Shown: positions 1-7,995 of the stretch, in pieces
Position numbering within the stretch: position 1 is the first letter of the stretch
Layout: each line of letters opens with the position of its first letter
Assembly (NCBI GenBank): GCA_024762335.1
Contig: JANTHO010000006.1
Location: 1,912 to 65,911, forward strand
Reading direction: 5' to 3'
From: Acidimicrobiia bacterium
GTDB lineage: Bacteria; Actinomycetota; Acidimicrobiia; Spongiisociales; UBA5794
DNA length: 64,000 nucleotides
Notes under the pieces: model-generated
Seen by the model: only the letters and a program-made list of their open reading frames with translations
Told to the model about the DNA's origin: nothing
The model's database searches: none
Translations under genes and position numbers: made by a program

Positions 1-195
1 CAGAATTCCGGCAAGTCGATCGCGCAGGTCGCCCGAGAGTTGGGGATCTACGACTCGACGTTGGGGAACTGGGTCAAACAGGATGAGATCAATCGCGGTG
101 TCCGTGACGGTGTGACTACCGATGAGCGGGAAGAGGTCGCGGAGTTGCGTCGGGAGAACGCCCGGCTGCGGATGGAGCGTGAACTCTTGAAGTGA
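1..195 (+). CDS. IS3-family transposase OrfA, C-terminal part (5' end outside window)
   Basis: Frame 1 reads QNSGKSIAQVARELGIYDSTLGNWVKQDEINRG...EEVAELRRENARLRMERELLK*. This is an HTH plus leucine-zipper-like tail typical of IS3 OrfA. Stop TGA at 193-195. Confidence 0.8.
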   Translation, partial: QNSGKSIAQVARELGIYDSTLGNWVKQDEINRGVRDGVTTDEREEVAELRRENARLRMERELLK

Positions 196-659
196 GCTGT
201 GGCCTTCTGGGTGAGGGAGTCGAACGAGTGATGCTCTACCGCTTCGTCGACGAACAGAAGGCCGAAGGATTCCCCGTGGGGCGCATCTGCGAGATCGCCG
301 GCGTGTCGACGTCGGCGTACTACGACTCGAAGCAGCATCGTGACGGCAGGCCCACCGCCACCGAGCTTCGTGAACGGCTCCTCGTCAACGAGATCCGGCA
401 GATCCACACGACGTCGAAAGGGACGTATGGGTCGCCTCGCGTCACCGTCGAGCTCTGTACCCGGGGCCGGGTGGTGAACCACAAGCGGGTGGAGCGTCTG
501 ATGCGGATCCATGACATTGTCGGCCATACGCCGAAGAAGTGGACGGTGACGACGATCCCGTCTGCGACGCATCGCATCCCCGACCTGGTGAATCGGGACT
601 TCGTGCCCGACGGGCTCGATGTGACCTGGGCGGGCGACATCACGTATATCCGTACCTGG

Positions 660-1994
660 TGACCACGCTCATTGAATCTCCCCAGACCTGCTCAACGGGT
701 TCCAGGCATCATGGCTACACCTGAGGTAAGGAGTAGCGATGAGATCTGTTTCCAGAGGGCGTCCTGGGCGTCAGCCTATGACCGAGAAGCGTATTGCGTA
801 CGCTCGTCTGATTCGCCAGGGTGTGTCGAACTCGGAGGCGTGCCGCCAGCTGGGCATCGACCGCAAGACCGGACATTGGTGGAAGAACGGCGGGGTTATC
901 ACCCGCAACGGGGTCACCCGGGTCGTCGAGCCGATTCTCAACCAGTATGAGGTCCGAGCCGAGTCGGGCCACTTCCTGAGCGAGGACGAGCGAGTTGTGA
1001 TCGCCGATGGCGTCCGTGCCGGGAGGTCGGCGCGCTCGATCGCCGCCGAGCTAGGGCGCGCCGTGTCGACGGTGAGCCGAGAGCTGGCACGCAATCAGGT
1101 GGATGGCGAGTATCGACCGCACGCTGCGCAGCAACTGATGCTGTCCCGACGGCCCCGCCCCAAGCAGCGTCGCATCGAGCGTGATCCCGAGCTGCGTAGG
1201 CTGGTACAGCACTACCTCGATCAGCATTGGAGCCCCGAGCAAGTCGTCCACGAACTGAGCCACCAGCATGGACGCAGCATCGCCGTCGAGACGATCTACC
1301 AGGCGCTCTACAGTCCGGGGCGATGCGTGGAGCGGGACCCTCGCAGCGTGCTACGCACTGGCCGCCCGCACCGACGTCCCCGTCGGCGAGGCGATCAGCG
1401 ACGGCCCAGGTTCAGTGTGCCGATCCGATCAATCACGGAACGACCTGCCGAAGCAGAGGATCGCCGTGTGCCTGGCCACTGGGAGGGAGACCTCATCGTC
1501 GGGGCGTTCAACCGTTCGGCGATCGGCACGCTCGTCGAACGAACCAGCCGCTACACGATCCTCGTCCACCTCGACGGCCCGTCCCGAGCCGACAGCCTAC
1601 GCGATCAGCTCGTGACGATCTTCGAGGACCTCCCCAAGCCGCTACGACGATCACTGACCTGGGACCAGGGCAGCGAGATGTGCCATCACCACGCTGTCGC
1701 CGAAGAGACCGGGATGCCGGTGTTCTTCTGTCATGCCGGCATGCCCTGGCAGCGGCCAAGTAACGAGAACACCAACGGCCTGCTCCGTGACTACTTCCCA
1801 AAGGGCACCAACCTGAGTGTTCACACCGCCAACGACCTCGCCCGAGTCGCCGACGAACTCAACCGACGTCCTCGCAAGACCCTCGGATGGCAGACCCCAC
1901 ACGACCTATTCGCTACCCTCCGAACCGGACCCACGTAGCCATGACCGCTGGAACCCGCCGAGCAACCCTGGGGAATTTCAGTGAGCGGCGTCAC
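660..1994 (+). mobile_element. IS30-family insertion sequence, apparently intact (1335 bp)
   Basis: Imperfect terminal inverted repeats of about 60 bp. The left end is TGACCACGCTCATTGAATCTCCCCAGACCTGCTCAACGGGTTCCAGGCATCATGGCTAC. The reverse complement of the right end is TGACGCCGCTCACTGAAATTCCCCAGGGTTGCTCGGCGGGTTCCAGCGGTCATGGCTAC. A TGG direct repeat sits at 657-659 and 1995-1997. Confidence 0.85.
739..1938 (+). CDS. IS30-family transposase
   Basis: 399-aa ORF. It has an N-terminal HTH (RLIRQGVSNSEACRQLGIDRKTGHWW), a second HTH (GRSARSIAAELGRAVSTVSRELARN) and a DDE region (PGHWEGDLIVG...TLTWDQGSEM...NENTNGLLRDYFPKGT...LNRRPRKTLGWQTP). The true start may be M14. Confidence 0.9.
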   Translation: MRSVSRGRPGRQPMTEKRIAYARLIRQGVSNSEACRQLGIDRKTGHWWKNGGVITRNGVTRVVEPILNQYEVRAESGHFLSEDERVVIADGVRAGRSARSIAAELGRAVSTVSRELARNQVDGEYRPHAAQQLMLSRRPRPKQRRIERDPELRRLVQHYLDQHWSPEQVVHELSHQHGRSIAVETIYQALYSPGRCVERDPRSVLRTGRPHRRPRRRGDQRRPRFSVPIRSITERPAEAEDRRVPGHWEGDLIVGAFNRSAIGTLVERTSRYTILVHLDGPSRADSLRDQLVTIFEDLPKPLRRSLTWDQGSEMCHHHAVAEETGMPVFFCHAGMPWQRPSNENTNGLLRDYFPKGTNLSVHTANDLARVADELNRRPRKTLGWQTPHDLFATLRTGPT

Positions 1995-2097
1995 TGGGAA
2001 GGGTTCCTGTATCTGGCGGTCGTTGAGGACCTGGTGTCTCGACGCATCCTGGGGATGTCGATGGCCAGCCACATGCGTGCCAGCCTCGTCGGCGACG

Positions 2098-2200
2098 CCC
2101 TCAACACCCGACCCCGCAAGACCCTCGGATGGCGCACACCCGCCGACGTCTTCAACGAACACCTGCGCTCCGTAGAACAAGCCAGTGTTGCGACCACCAG
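2098..2200 (+). pseudogene. Remnant of the 3' end of a second IS30-family transposase gene
   Basis: Reads LNTRPRKTLGWRTPADVFNEHLRSVEQASVATTS*. This parallels the C-terminus of the intact copy (LNRRPRKTLGWQTPHDLF) and shares the 19-nt string CGCAAGACCCTCGGATGGC with it. It is embedded in the IS3 orfB frame. Confidence 0.5.
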
Positions 2201-2564
2201 TTGAACCCGGTCAATACACGCCCGGTGACTACGGCGACCTGTGCGTCGGCCACGGCGTCACCCAGTCGGTGGGTCGAACCGGGGTGTGTTGGGACAACGC
2301 CCCATCTGAATCGTTTTTCGCGACATTGAAGAAAGAACTCGTCTACCCAACCACATTCCGTACCCACGCTGAAGCCCGCCTGGCGATCCGCCATTGAATC
2401 GAATCCTGGTACAACCGGCGCCGCCTCAGCTCCGTGATCGGATACCAGACACCAATCAGATGGGAGAACCACTACCGTCACAACCCCAACACCCTGGCCG
2501 CGTAACAACCGTGTCCGGCCAGCGGGGGGACCTCCACACGTCCTCGATAAGGATTGTGCGTGGG

Positions 2565-4172
2565 CTACGGACGGCCGCGGCATACGGTGGTGCTGCCGGC
2601 TCCATCCCCGACAATGACAATGGCGAGGGGATCCGTTACTGGGTAGATAGTGGCGGCAGTCTCGAATGTCTTGTCCCCGATACCGAATCCATCGACGTAC
2701 TGCACCGAGATTCCTCCGCCGGGGCTAGTTTCGATAGAAAAAGGCATCGCATCGAGTATGAGCTGATCGCCATTGTTGAGCCGCGAGCAATTGGTGAAGG
2801 TCGCGATGAGGCGGCGCGGCGCGTACAACCGGATATTTCCCCTCGCAGAGGACTCGATCGCATCATCTTGCGGCGGAGGAGGATCCCATCCGTCCTCGGC
2901 AACGGTTGCGAGGCCACCGGCAGTCAACATTCCGGCTCTAACGCCGTCGACGGATGCGCGATCCGCATACGGCTCACCCCGGTCGAGCATCCAACCAGCG
3001 GCTTCGACGATCTGGCGGCTCGCCAGGCTTCGGCTCTGCCAGAAAGCCAGTTCCGCTTTCAACCCGATGGCGTTGGCCCTCGTGACGAAGAGTCCTGCTG
3101 CGATGACGACGATGGTCGCTGCGGCTGCGACCCGGCGATCGAGAATTGTCAACCGTAAGCGCGGAACGACGATCGCGAGAAGCGCCAGCAAGACGAGATA
3201 TTCATACCGGCTAGCGTGAACACGGGCTTGACCGGCAGCGATCCGGGTGATGGAGACGAGTGTTACGAATCCGCCGATCCAAAGCGCCATCGTCATGTCG
3301 AACACGGACAGGGGCGCATGGCGGTAAGAGATCGCGATTGCCAAGGCCAATCCGACGAGGAGAACGCCACCGAACGCAAAGCTCACCCCCACATAACTAG
3401 CGACGCCGTCGGTCGTGATCTGAAGCAGGTTCCAGGGAATGTCGCGAAGCGCAGAGAAGTCCATCGGAGGTCCACCGGTCGAACCGCGTACAACGAGATA
3501 CCAGGGAACGTAGAGAATCGCACTAGCGGCCAGAGGAAGGAGATACCGTCTGGCCGCGGGGATGGTCACTGCTGCGACTGCGAGTGCGATCAGTCCAACA
3601 ACCCCGACCCCGGTCGATATGATAGCGACACCACCCAGTAGACCCACTGCGGTTCTCCTGCCGAGGGATGGATCGCGGCGGCCTTCAATGAGGAAGGCCG
3701 CGGAGAGTATTGCGATGATCGCAATGGGATTGCCGATGAGCCATCCCATGACCCATCCGCTTAGTCCGAAGACTGAGATCGACGCGGCATACGCGAGCGC
3801 CACCACGGGATCCGCTCCGCGCCGTCGCGCTATGAACCAGCTCACTCCAACGAGTGACGCCCAGATGAGCATCCGCAGCAGGACCAGCCACTTCCACGCA
3901 TCGAGCCGAGCTGCGAGGTAGGTCAGCTGAACTGCTGCAACGTGGAAGATCGCGAGATGGCCGGCGTGCGGCTCAAGCAGTCCCCGCAGTGACATGTTGT
4001 GGTTGAGCAGCAAACCCCAGTAGTCGGCATGGAACCAGACGTGCTGTCCGTAGCGCAGATAGACGACCCAGGAGGTCACAACGATTGGGAGAAGGGCTGC
4101 ATACTCCCATGCCCGGATCCCTTCCGAACGAGTTGAATCCGGTATGGGTTGAAGACCGGGTGATTTATCCAT
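2565..4172 (-). CDS. Polytopic membrane protein with a C-terminal ~130-aa soluble domain; function unknown (possibly a polymerase or GT-C-like enzyme of glycan assembly)
   Basis: 535-aa ORF with about 11 hydrophobic segments. Its start overlaps the stop of the sulfotransferase gene by 8 nt. Coding-like composition. Confidence 0.75.
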   Translation of the reverse strand: MDKSPGLQPIPDSTRSEGIRAWEYAALLPIVVTSWVVYLRYGQHVWFHADYWGLLLNHNMSLRGLLEPHAGHLAIFHVAAVQLTYLAARLDAWKWLVLLRMLIWASLVGVSWFIARRRGADPVVALAYAASISVFGLSGWVMGWLIGNPIAIIAILSAAFLIEGRRDPSLGRRTAVGLLGGVAIISTGVGVVGLIALAVAAVTIPAARRYLLPLAASAILYVPWYLVVRGSTGGPPMDFSALRDIPWNLLQITTDGVASYVGVSFAFGGVLLVGLALAIAISYRHAPLSVFDMTMALWIGGFVTLVSITRIAAGQARVHASRYEYLVLLALLAIVVPRLRLTILDRRVAAAATIVVIAAGLFVTRANAIGLKAELAFWQSRSLASRQIVEAAGWMLDRGEPYADRASVDGVRAGMLTAGGLATVAEDGWDPPPPQDDAIESSARGNIRLYAPRRLIATFTNCSRLNNGDQLILDAMPFSIETSPGGGISVQYVDGFGIGDKTFETAATIYPVTDPLAIVIVGDGAGSTTVCRGRP

Positions 4173-4926
4173 TCCACACCGTCAGGTCGAGTCCGAACAT
4201 TTCGGCGAGGCGGTGATTGTGCGGCTCGTACGATGCTCGCAGCTCTTGCAAGAGGGACGGAGACAGGGATGGGACAGGAGCCTGAGATGAGTTGACCACC
4301 TCAAGCCGGGTGACGGGGAGCGGGTCTACGCCCAGAAAGTCATGGATCCCCTCGATGACAGTTGTGTCGGTGCCGAGTCGCTCAAGCTCCACGACGCGCA
4401 TGCGGGACGCGCCAAACTCGTCCAACCAAGGCTCGAGGAGCTCTGCGTACCGGCCACGCTTCAGATAGCTGTACGGGGACACCGAGTATTTCGTCACGTC
4501 GTAGGGACGCACTTCGGCGTCGCTGGTGAGCGCCTCTTCGATCGGGAGGTTCTCAGCCCCGTGACTCGATGAGAAGCGAAAGTGTGAGACTGCCCGGGCC
4601 GACGGCTCTCGAACGATTGCGATGATCGATGCGTCGGGGATTGCGTCGTGGATCGCTGCGGCGCTGTCTGGGCGGTCGAGGTAGCTGGTGCTCTTCTCCC
4701 CGAATACCGAGACGTCAATGTTCCCGAACCTGCTGAGGTACTCAGATGCGCTCCTCGGTGCGGTGGTTCCGATGAACGAACGCGGCTCCGGTCGTTCGGG
4801 CTCAAGGAACCGAATGTCTGGATGAGTGTTAAGAACACGTCGAAGCAGCGTCGACCCGCATCGCTGGCCGCCAATGATGAAAACGAACCGCGGGGCGGGA
4901 CGGTGGTCTGTTCCCGAGTCTGGCAT
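4165..4926 (-). CDS. Sulfotransferase (PAPS-dependent family)
   Basis: 5'-PSB-like loop FIIGGQRCGSTLLRRVL near the N-terminus. 3'-PB-like motif IAIVREPSARAVSHFRF. Confidence 0.8.
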   Translation of the reverse strand: MPDSGTDHRPAPRFVFIIGGQRCGSTLLRRVLNTHPDIRFLEPERPEPRSFIGTTAPRSASEYLSRFGNIDVSVFGEKSTSYLDRPDSAAAIHDAIPDASIIAIVREPSARAVSHFRFSSSHGAENLPIEEALTSDAEVRPYDVTKYSVSPYSYLKRGRYAELLEPWLDEFGASRMRVVELERLGTDTTVIEGIHDFLGVDPLPVTRLEVVNSSQAPVPSLSPSLLQELRASYEPHNHRLAEMFGLDLTVWNG

Positions 4927-5017
4927 GAAACGCTGTTCTGGCTTGTTGGGTTTCGAGGATAGGACGTGGTGGTGGGAACGAACCGATTGTTGGATTTCAG
5001 GCTGGTATCTTCTTCAC

Positions 5018-5614
5018 ATGGCGGGTTCACAAAGGAGCGATCGGACGCGAGACTCTTCGGCGAGGGCGGCACGACCTGGTCTGGAGTGGGCGTTCGGAAC
5101 GACATCGCGCAAGCGGCGACTCAATGAGTGGTATGTGTGGGCGGCTAATCTCGCTCACTCCGTTCTGGAGCTCTTTCCAGGGCCGGTACGGCGATTCGTG
5201 TGGCGTCGCGCATTTGGTTCATGCGGACGCGAAGTCTTCATCGATCACAAGGTGTATGTGAAGTTCCCGTGGCTTGTGTTCGTGGGTGATCACGTGTCGC
5301 TCAATCGAGGATGCGAGTTCTATCCGGACCTCTCATCGGGTTCGACGATCACACTCGGGGCGGATGTCTACGTAGCTCCCAACGTCCGGTTCCATGCATC
5401 CGGCCACGACATCGGGGATTTGGAGCGGCACATTGGTGGAGATATCCGAGTGGGGAACGGATGCTGGATCGGTGCAGGTGCCACAGTGTTGCCCGGGGTG
5501 GTAATCGGGGCTGGAAGCGTTGTTGGCGCGGGGGCCGTGGTCGCACGGGATGTGCCCGAAAGAGTCGTGGTGGCAGGAGTTCCGGCGCGAATTGTCAATG
5601 CCGTTGAACGGTGA
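5018..5614 (+). CDS. Left-handed beta-helix (hexapeptide repeat) O-acetyltransferase, WcaF/maltose acetyltransferase-like
   Basis: C-terminal hexapeptide repeats: IRVGNGCWIGAGATVLPGVVIGAGSVVGAGAVVARDVPERVVVAGVPARIV. I trimmed the start to the ATG at 5018 because the upstream part of ORF 4826 overlaps the divergent sulfotransferase gene. Confidence 0.8.
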   Translation: MAGSQRSDRTRDSSARAARPGLEWAFGTTSRKRRLNEWYVWAANLAHSVLELFPGPVRRFVWRRAFGSCGREVFIDHKVYVKFPWLVFVGDHVSLNRGCEFYPDLSSGSTITLGADVYVAPNVRFHASGHDIGDLERHIGGDIRVGNGCWIGAGATVLPGVVIGAGSVVGAGAVVARDVPERVVVAGVPARIVNAVER

Positions 5615-5650
5615 GCGGTCAGGTGCGGTGGCCCGGCGGCCGCGCCGGTG

Positions 5651-6652
5651 TCAGCGGTTCCGCAGGTAGGTGCCGGCGAACAGACCCATGATCGCCTGGG
5701 TCATCTTGCCTTTGATATGACGGCCGTCCTCTTCCCAGGCGTTCTCCTGTCTCGTGTTCATCGCCGCCTCGTAGCTGGGGAAGTAGTGGACGTTGTCATG
5801 CTGCGATGCGAACTCGTCGGCGGCGGTTCGCAGTGTCGACTTGGAGTAGGTGTTCGCAACGACGATGTCACGGTCCGTGAAGGTCGCCATCAGCGGGACG
5901 GGCGACACGGTGACGACGAGTTGCAGGTTCGGGTGGCCGAAGCGGGTCAGTGTGTCGTAGACCGCTTCGAGGTTGTTGAGGTTCTCGTCGAATCCGAGGA
6001 TCCGGAACCGGTAGCGACCCGGGTAGGCCGCGAGCATCTCTCTCGTGGGTGTCATGTTGATGTAGACACCGACCGTTTCGTCGTACCACGCCTCGACGAG
6101 ACCGAGCGTCATGAATACAACACGGCAATCTGCGACCCTGCGGGTCACATCTTGGATGATCGCCCGCCGTTCCAGGGTGCGGGAACGGTCGACGAACTGC
6201 AACGTCGGATTCGTGTGAGGATCGATCGAGACGTTCTCAAGGTCGACGATGCTGTCGAACGGGAAGGGCGTGTCGGGGTCGAGAGCCCATTGAAGGCTGT
6301 CACGAATCGATCGGGTCGTGTACTTGTTGGTGAACCCGAGCGTGGTCACGCCGGGGCGACTGAGTTCGAATTTATCGAACTCGACGGCGGCGCTGGCGAC
6401 GTCGAGGCCTCGACCGACGAGGGTCTGCTCGATACCGCGGGCAAAGCAGGAACCGATCGCGTACACGCGGTCATCCGGCTGTAGCTCGAATTCGGCATGG
6501 ACGACGGGCAGGAAGAACTCGGTGGTCAGGCGCTGTACGGCGAACGGGCCTACCGGGTCTTCCACGTCGATGTTTCGCTTGTGCCACCGACCTGCGGTGT
6601 TGCGGGAGAGCCTCCCGAAAGCGTCCTCGGCAGAAGTGTCGATGTTCGACAT
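5651..6652 (-). CDS. GSCFA-domain protein
   Basis: The name-giving motif is present (RVYAIGSCFARGI). Length (333 aa) and overall layout fit the GSCFA family. Biochemical function unknown. Confidence 0.8.
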   Translation of the reverse strand: MSNIDTSAEDAFGRLSRNTAGRWHKRNIDVEDPVGPFAVQRLTTEFFLPVVHAEFELQPDDRVYAIGSCFARGIEQTLVGRGLDVASAAVEFDKFELSRPGVTTLGFTNKYTTRSIRDSLQWALDPDTPFPFDSIVDLENVSIDPHTNPTLQFVDRSRTLERRAIIQDVTRRVADCRVVFMTLGLVEAWYDETVGVYINMTPTREMLAAYPGRYRFRILGFDENLNNLEAVYDTLTRFGHPNLQLVVTVSPVPLMATFTDRDIVVANTYSKSTLRTAADEFASQHDNVHYFPSYEAAMNTRQENAWEEDGRHIKGKMTQAIMGLFAGTYLRNR

Positions 6653-6749
6653 CAGATATTCCTCTCGGGCAACCGCGTTGTTTGAAAGAGCGTAGACGCG
6701 GAAGGGGACGGACAGCGTCCGTCCCCTTCCAGTCGTTGTCGGCTATCGG

Positions 6750-7892
6750 TCAGTTGCCCATGTTCGACATCGGCGAGTAGTAGCCGGTGACGATGAGACG
6801 GACGTCGCCGCTGCTGTTCTGCATCTTCAACGACATCTGGTCGTTTCCGGCGATCGGAATGGTTGAGGATCCGTTCCAGCGTGGCAGGTCGTTCGTGAAA
6901 GCGACGAGGCCCGCCGGTTCTGTGCCGCCCTGGGCCCATGCCTTGAGCGTTCCCGTCCCCGCTGGTGACAGTACGAGGATGTTAGTCTGCACCGCCGTAG
7001 CGGCGGCGTTGATTCCACAGTTCCCGTCGCCGCCGACCCCGCTCGTGTCACCGGTGACGGTGAACGAACGTATCTCGTTGGCAGCGAACGCACCTGTGCC
7101 GCCCTGCCCAGTACGCGAATCGAAGATCGCACACGGCTCGACCGGCGTGAACGTCTGGTTGTCTCCGGTCGCCTGAACTTGGTAGGCAACCGTTGCTCCA
7201 CACAGCGTGTGGTTCTCACCCGCTGAGATTGTGGGCTGCCACCCAAGTGAGAAGAAGTTCTTCGTGAACCCGGTAAGGAAACCGCCTACGTATCCCGCAG
7301 CGAGGTCCGGATCAACATCGACATAGACGGAGCCGATTCCGCTCAACCCGGAGCTCGAGCCTGTTGCAACGGTCTCGGATGTCAACGAGGCAGTGCCGCC
7401 GAGGAGGCCAGGACTGTAGACCTGGCCACGATCTACGGTGAAGGTCATGTTGCTGCCCGCATCCGAATCCTTCCCATGGAACGTCACGCTCAGCAAGAGA
7501 GCACCCTGCGGCAACTCAATAGGGGCTTTCGCCAGGACTACGGAACCGAGCGAATTGGATCCGGGTGATACGCATGATCCGGAGTAATCCAGCTGGACCG
7601 TGTCGCTCAGGTCGACGCTCGGTACGAACGCGTCGCCGGGGATGAACTTGGTCAACACGGTGGGATCGTACATGGCGCCGGAAACTGAGATCGACTGCGG
7701 CACGACCGACGTCTCGTCGAAATATCCCAATGTTTCGGTGGCGTCTCCTGCCGTCAGTGCCTTTCCGCCGGTTAGCGGCCCGACGTAGCCGGGGCCGTCG
7801 TCCGTCGCGTCCTGAGCGACGATCGGCGCAGCGCTCAGAACGAGCAGCAGGGCGACCGACGCAGTCAGCAGCAGCTTTCTTCCCTTGAACAT
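6750..7892 (-). CDS. Secreted protein of unknown function
   Basis: Signal peptide MFKGRKLLLTASVALLLVLSAAPIVAQDA, preceded by a strong RBS (GAAGGAGGGG). The C-terminal ~130 aa (CAIFDSRTG...IRSFTVTG...AVQTNILVLSPAGTGTLKAW...VRLIVTGYY) resemble a beta-rich module recurrent in actinobacterial secreted proteins. Confidence 0.8.
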   Translation of the reverse strand: MFKGRKLLLTASVALLLVLSAAPIVAQDATDDGPGYVGPLTGGKALTAGDATETLGYFDETSVVPQSISVSGAMYDPTVLTKFIPGDAFVPSVDLSDTVQLDYSGSCVSPGSNSLGSVVLAKAPIELPQGALLLSVTFHGKDSDAGSNMTFTVDRGQVYSPGLLGGTASLTSETVATGSSSGLSGIGSVYVDVDPDLAAGYVGGFLTGFTKNFFSLGWQPTISAGENHTLCGATVAYQVQATGDNQTFTPVEPCAIFDSRTGQGGTGAFAANEIRSFTVTGDTSGVGGDGNCGINAAATAVQTNILVLSPAGTGTLKAWAQGGTEPAGLVAFTNDLPRWNGSSTIPIAGNDQMSLKMQNSSGDVRLIVTGYYSPMSNMGN

Positions 7893-7995
7893 TGTCCCCT
7901 CCTTCAGGTGGACGTACTCCCACTAATGTAGTACACGAATTCGAGCGCTCGGCGCTCCAGGATGTTGTGGAGAATTAGAGGGGGTTGGGAAGTCG

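Larger units (their letters stand above)
1..2505 (+). mobile_element. IS3-family insertion sequence, degenerate. Left end lies outside the window; right end is uncertain, somewhere between 2505 and about 2560.
   Basis: An orfA tail is followed by an overlapping -1 frame orfB with HTH and rve/DDE motifs (WAGDITYIRTW, EGFLYLAVVEDLVSRRILG, QYTPGDY, CWDNAPSESFFATLKKE, IESWYNRRRLSSVIGYQTP). The coding sequence is interrupted three times. Confidence 0.75.
192..2505 (+). pseudogene. IS3-family OrfB (rve integrase-type transposase), disrupted
   Basis: Fragments: 192-659, 1995-2097, about 2200-2394 and 2398-2505. It is split by an IS30 element (660-1994). About 25 codons around the expected HSDRGSQYTS region are replaced by an IS30-like 3' remnant. 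An in-frame TGA sits at 2395-2397 (AIRH*IESWYN). Confidence 0.8.

Noticed and set aside
183-195. Looked for the programmed -1 frameshift heptamer (A AAA AAG type) at the IS3 orfA/orfB overlap.
   Set aside because: The overlap window open in both frames is only 183-195 (ACTCTTGAAGTGA) and contains no recognisable slippery heptamer. The element is degenerate anyway, so I make no frameshift-site call.
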